Shown here one piece after another: positions 63,306 through 64,000 of a stretch of DNA of 64,000 nt; position 1 is the first letter of the stretch; each line of letters begins with the position of its first letter. Source of the DNA: Gammaproteobacteria bacterium (GTDB lineage: Bacteria; Pseudomonadota; Gammaproteobacteria; JBCCGL01); contig OZ255836.1 of assembly GCA_965277715.1 (NCBI GenBank), forward strand, positions 2,528,001-2,592,000, written 5' to 3'. The notes under the pieces are model-generated. The model saw nothing but the letters and a program-made list of their open reading frames with translations. It was not told the DNA's origin and ran no database searches. Position numbers and translations under genes: made by a program.

Positions 63306-63994
63306 TTTCTAAGCTGCCTGTACGGCAGTGAACGTTAAAGACGACGGAATTGGTCATATCATTGCTTTCTAAGCCGCCTGTACGGCAGTGAACTAGAAGA
63401 GCAAGGCAGGCTTGAATATTACAAATTTCTAAGCTGCCTGTGCGGCAGTGAACCAGAGGAAGCTAATAAAATGGCTTGTGATAAATTTCTAAGCTGCCTG
63501 TGCGGCAGTGAACTAGTGTAAACGTCCACACTATCCGATGTAGACTTTCTAAGCTGCCTGTGCGGCAGTGAACACCGGAAATAATAGACGCAGTGGCAAA
63601 CAACATTTCTAAGCTGCCTGTGCGGCAGTGAACACATCGATGTTTGGAATTACTTGACTGTAGATTTTCTAAGCTGCCTGTGCGGCAGTGAACCAGCGAA
63701 CCCAAGAACGCTGGAATCCGTTAACTTTCTAAGCTGCCTGTGCGGCAGTGAACAATTCCCTCTCACCCCCCTCCCACCGATCATTTTTCTAAGCTGCCTG
63801 TGCGGCAGTGAACCAGATTATTTGGACGGCACAGATTGCAGGTTTTTTCTAAGCTGCCTGTGCGGCAGTGAACAAACATCGTGTGTGTCACAACATCCTT
63901 CCCACTTTTCTAAGCTGCCTGTGCGGCAGTGAACAAATTAAGATTTTCAAACTGGGATATTGACTTTTTCTAAGCTGCCTGTGCGGCAGTGAAC
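63306..63994 (-). CRISPR. Type I-F CRISPR array; 12 repeats and 11 full spacers visible; continues past the window end
   Basis: 28-bp repeat GTTCACTGCCGCACAGGCAGCTTAGAAA; spacers 32 nt (one 33 nt); variant repeats at 63306 and 63366 mark the trailer end. Confidence 0.98.
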
Positions 63995-64000
63995 CCCAGC

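Noticed and set aside
62922-63312. Four short ORFs over the intron fragment
   Set aside because: No RT or other motifs; better explained as structured RNA
63419-63932. ORFs 63419-63637, 63463-63705 and 63654-63932
   Set aside because: Translations of the 60-bp CRISPR period

Overview
Gammaproteobacterial chromosome segment. The housekeeping backbone is sucB'-lpdA-sucCD, a TAXI-TRAP transporter, phoBR-pstSCAB-phoU, a DUF2282/DUF692 (bufferin-type MNIO RiPP) cluster, ugpQ, vapBC, queCDEF, mutM, rppH, aroE, hemB, cobN and rpsT. A ~15.5 kb mosaic island (4210-19717) is bounded by a 116-bp direct repeat. It holds: (i) a decayed XerC-like/SymE unit with an M23 peptidase and a putative immunity gene; (ii) a run of AT-rich genes, each block followed by a short truncated ORF stub; (iii) between two IS66 copies, an integrase-less integron remnant whose intact cassette encodes a ThsB-like TIR protein plus a SLATT membrane protein, the strongest candidate for an uncharacterised antiphage system here. 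A second decayed patch (23.1-25.2 kb) carries an orphan cas2, a MuF/PBECR2-like remnant and an internally deleted IS4-like element. The window ends in a type I-F CRISPR array whose trailer end lies 25 nt from an ORF-less group II intron fragment. Several interspersed MITE-like repeat families are present. All family calls come from motif recognition by eye; no database searches were run.
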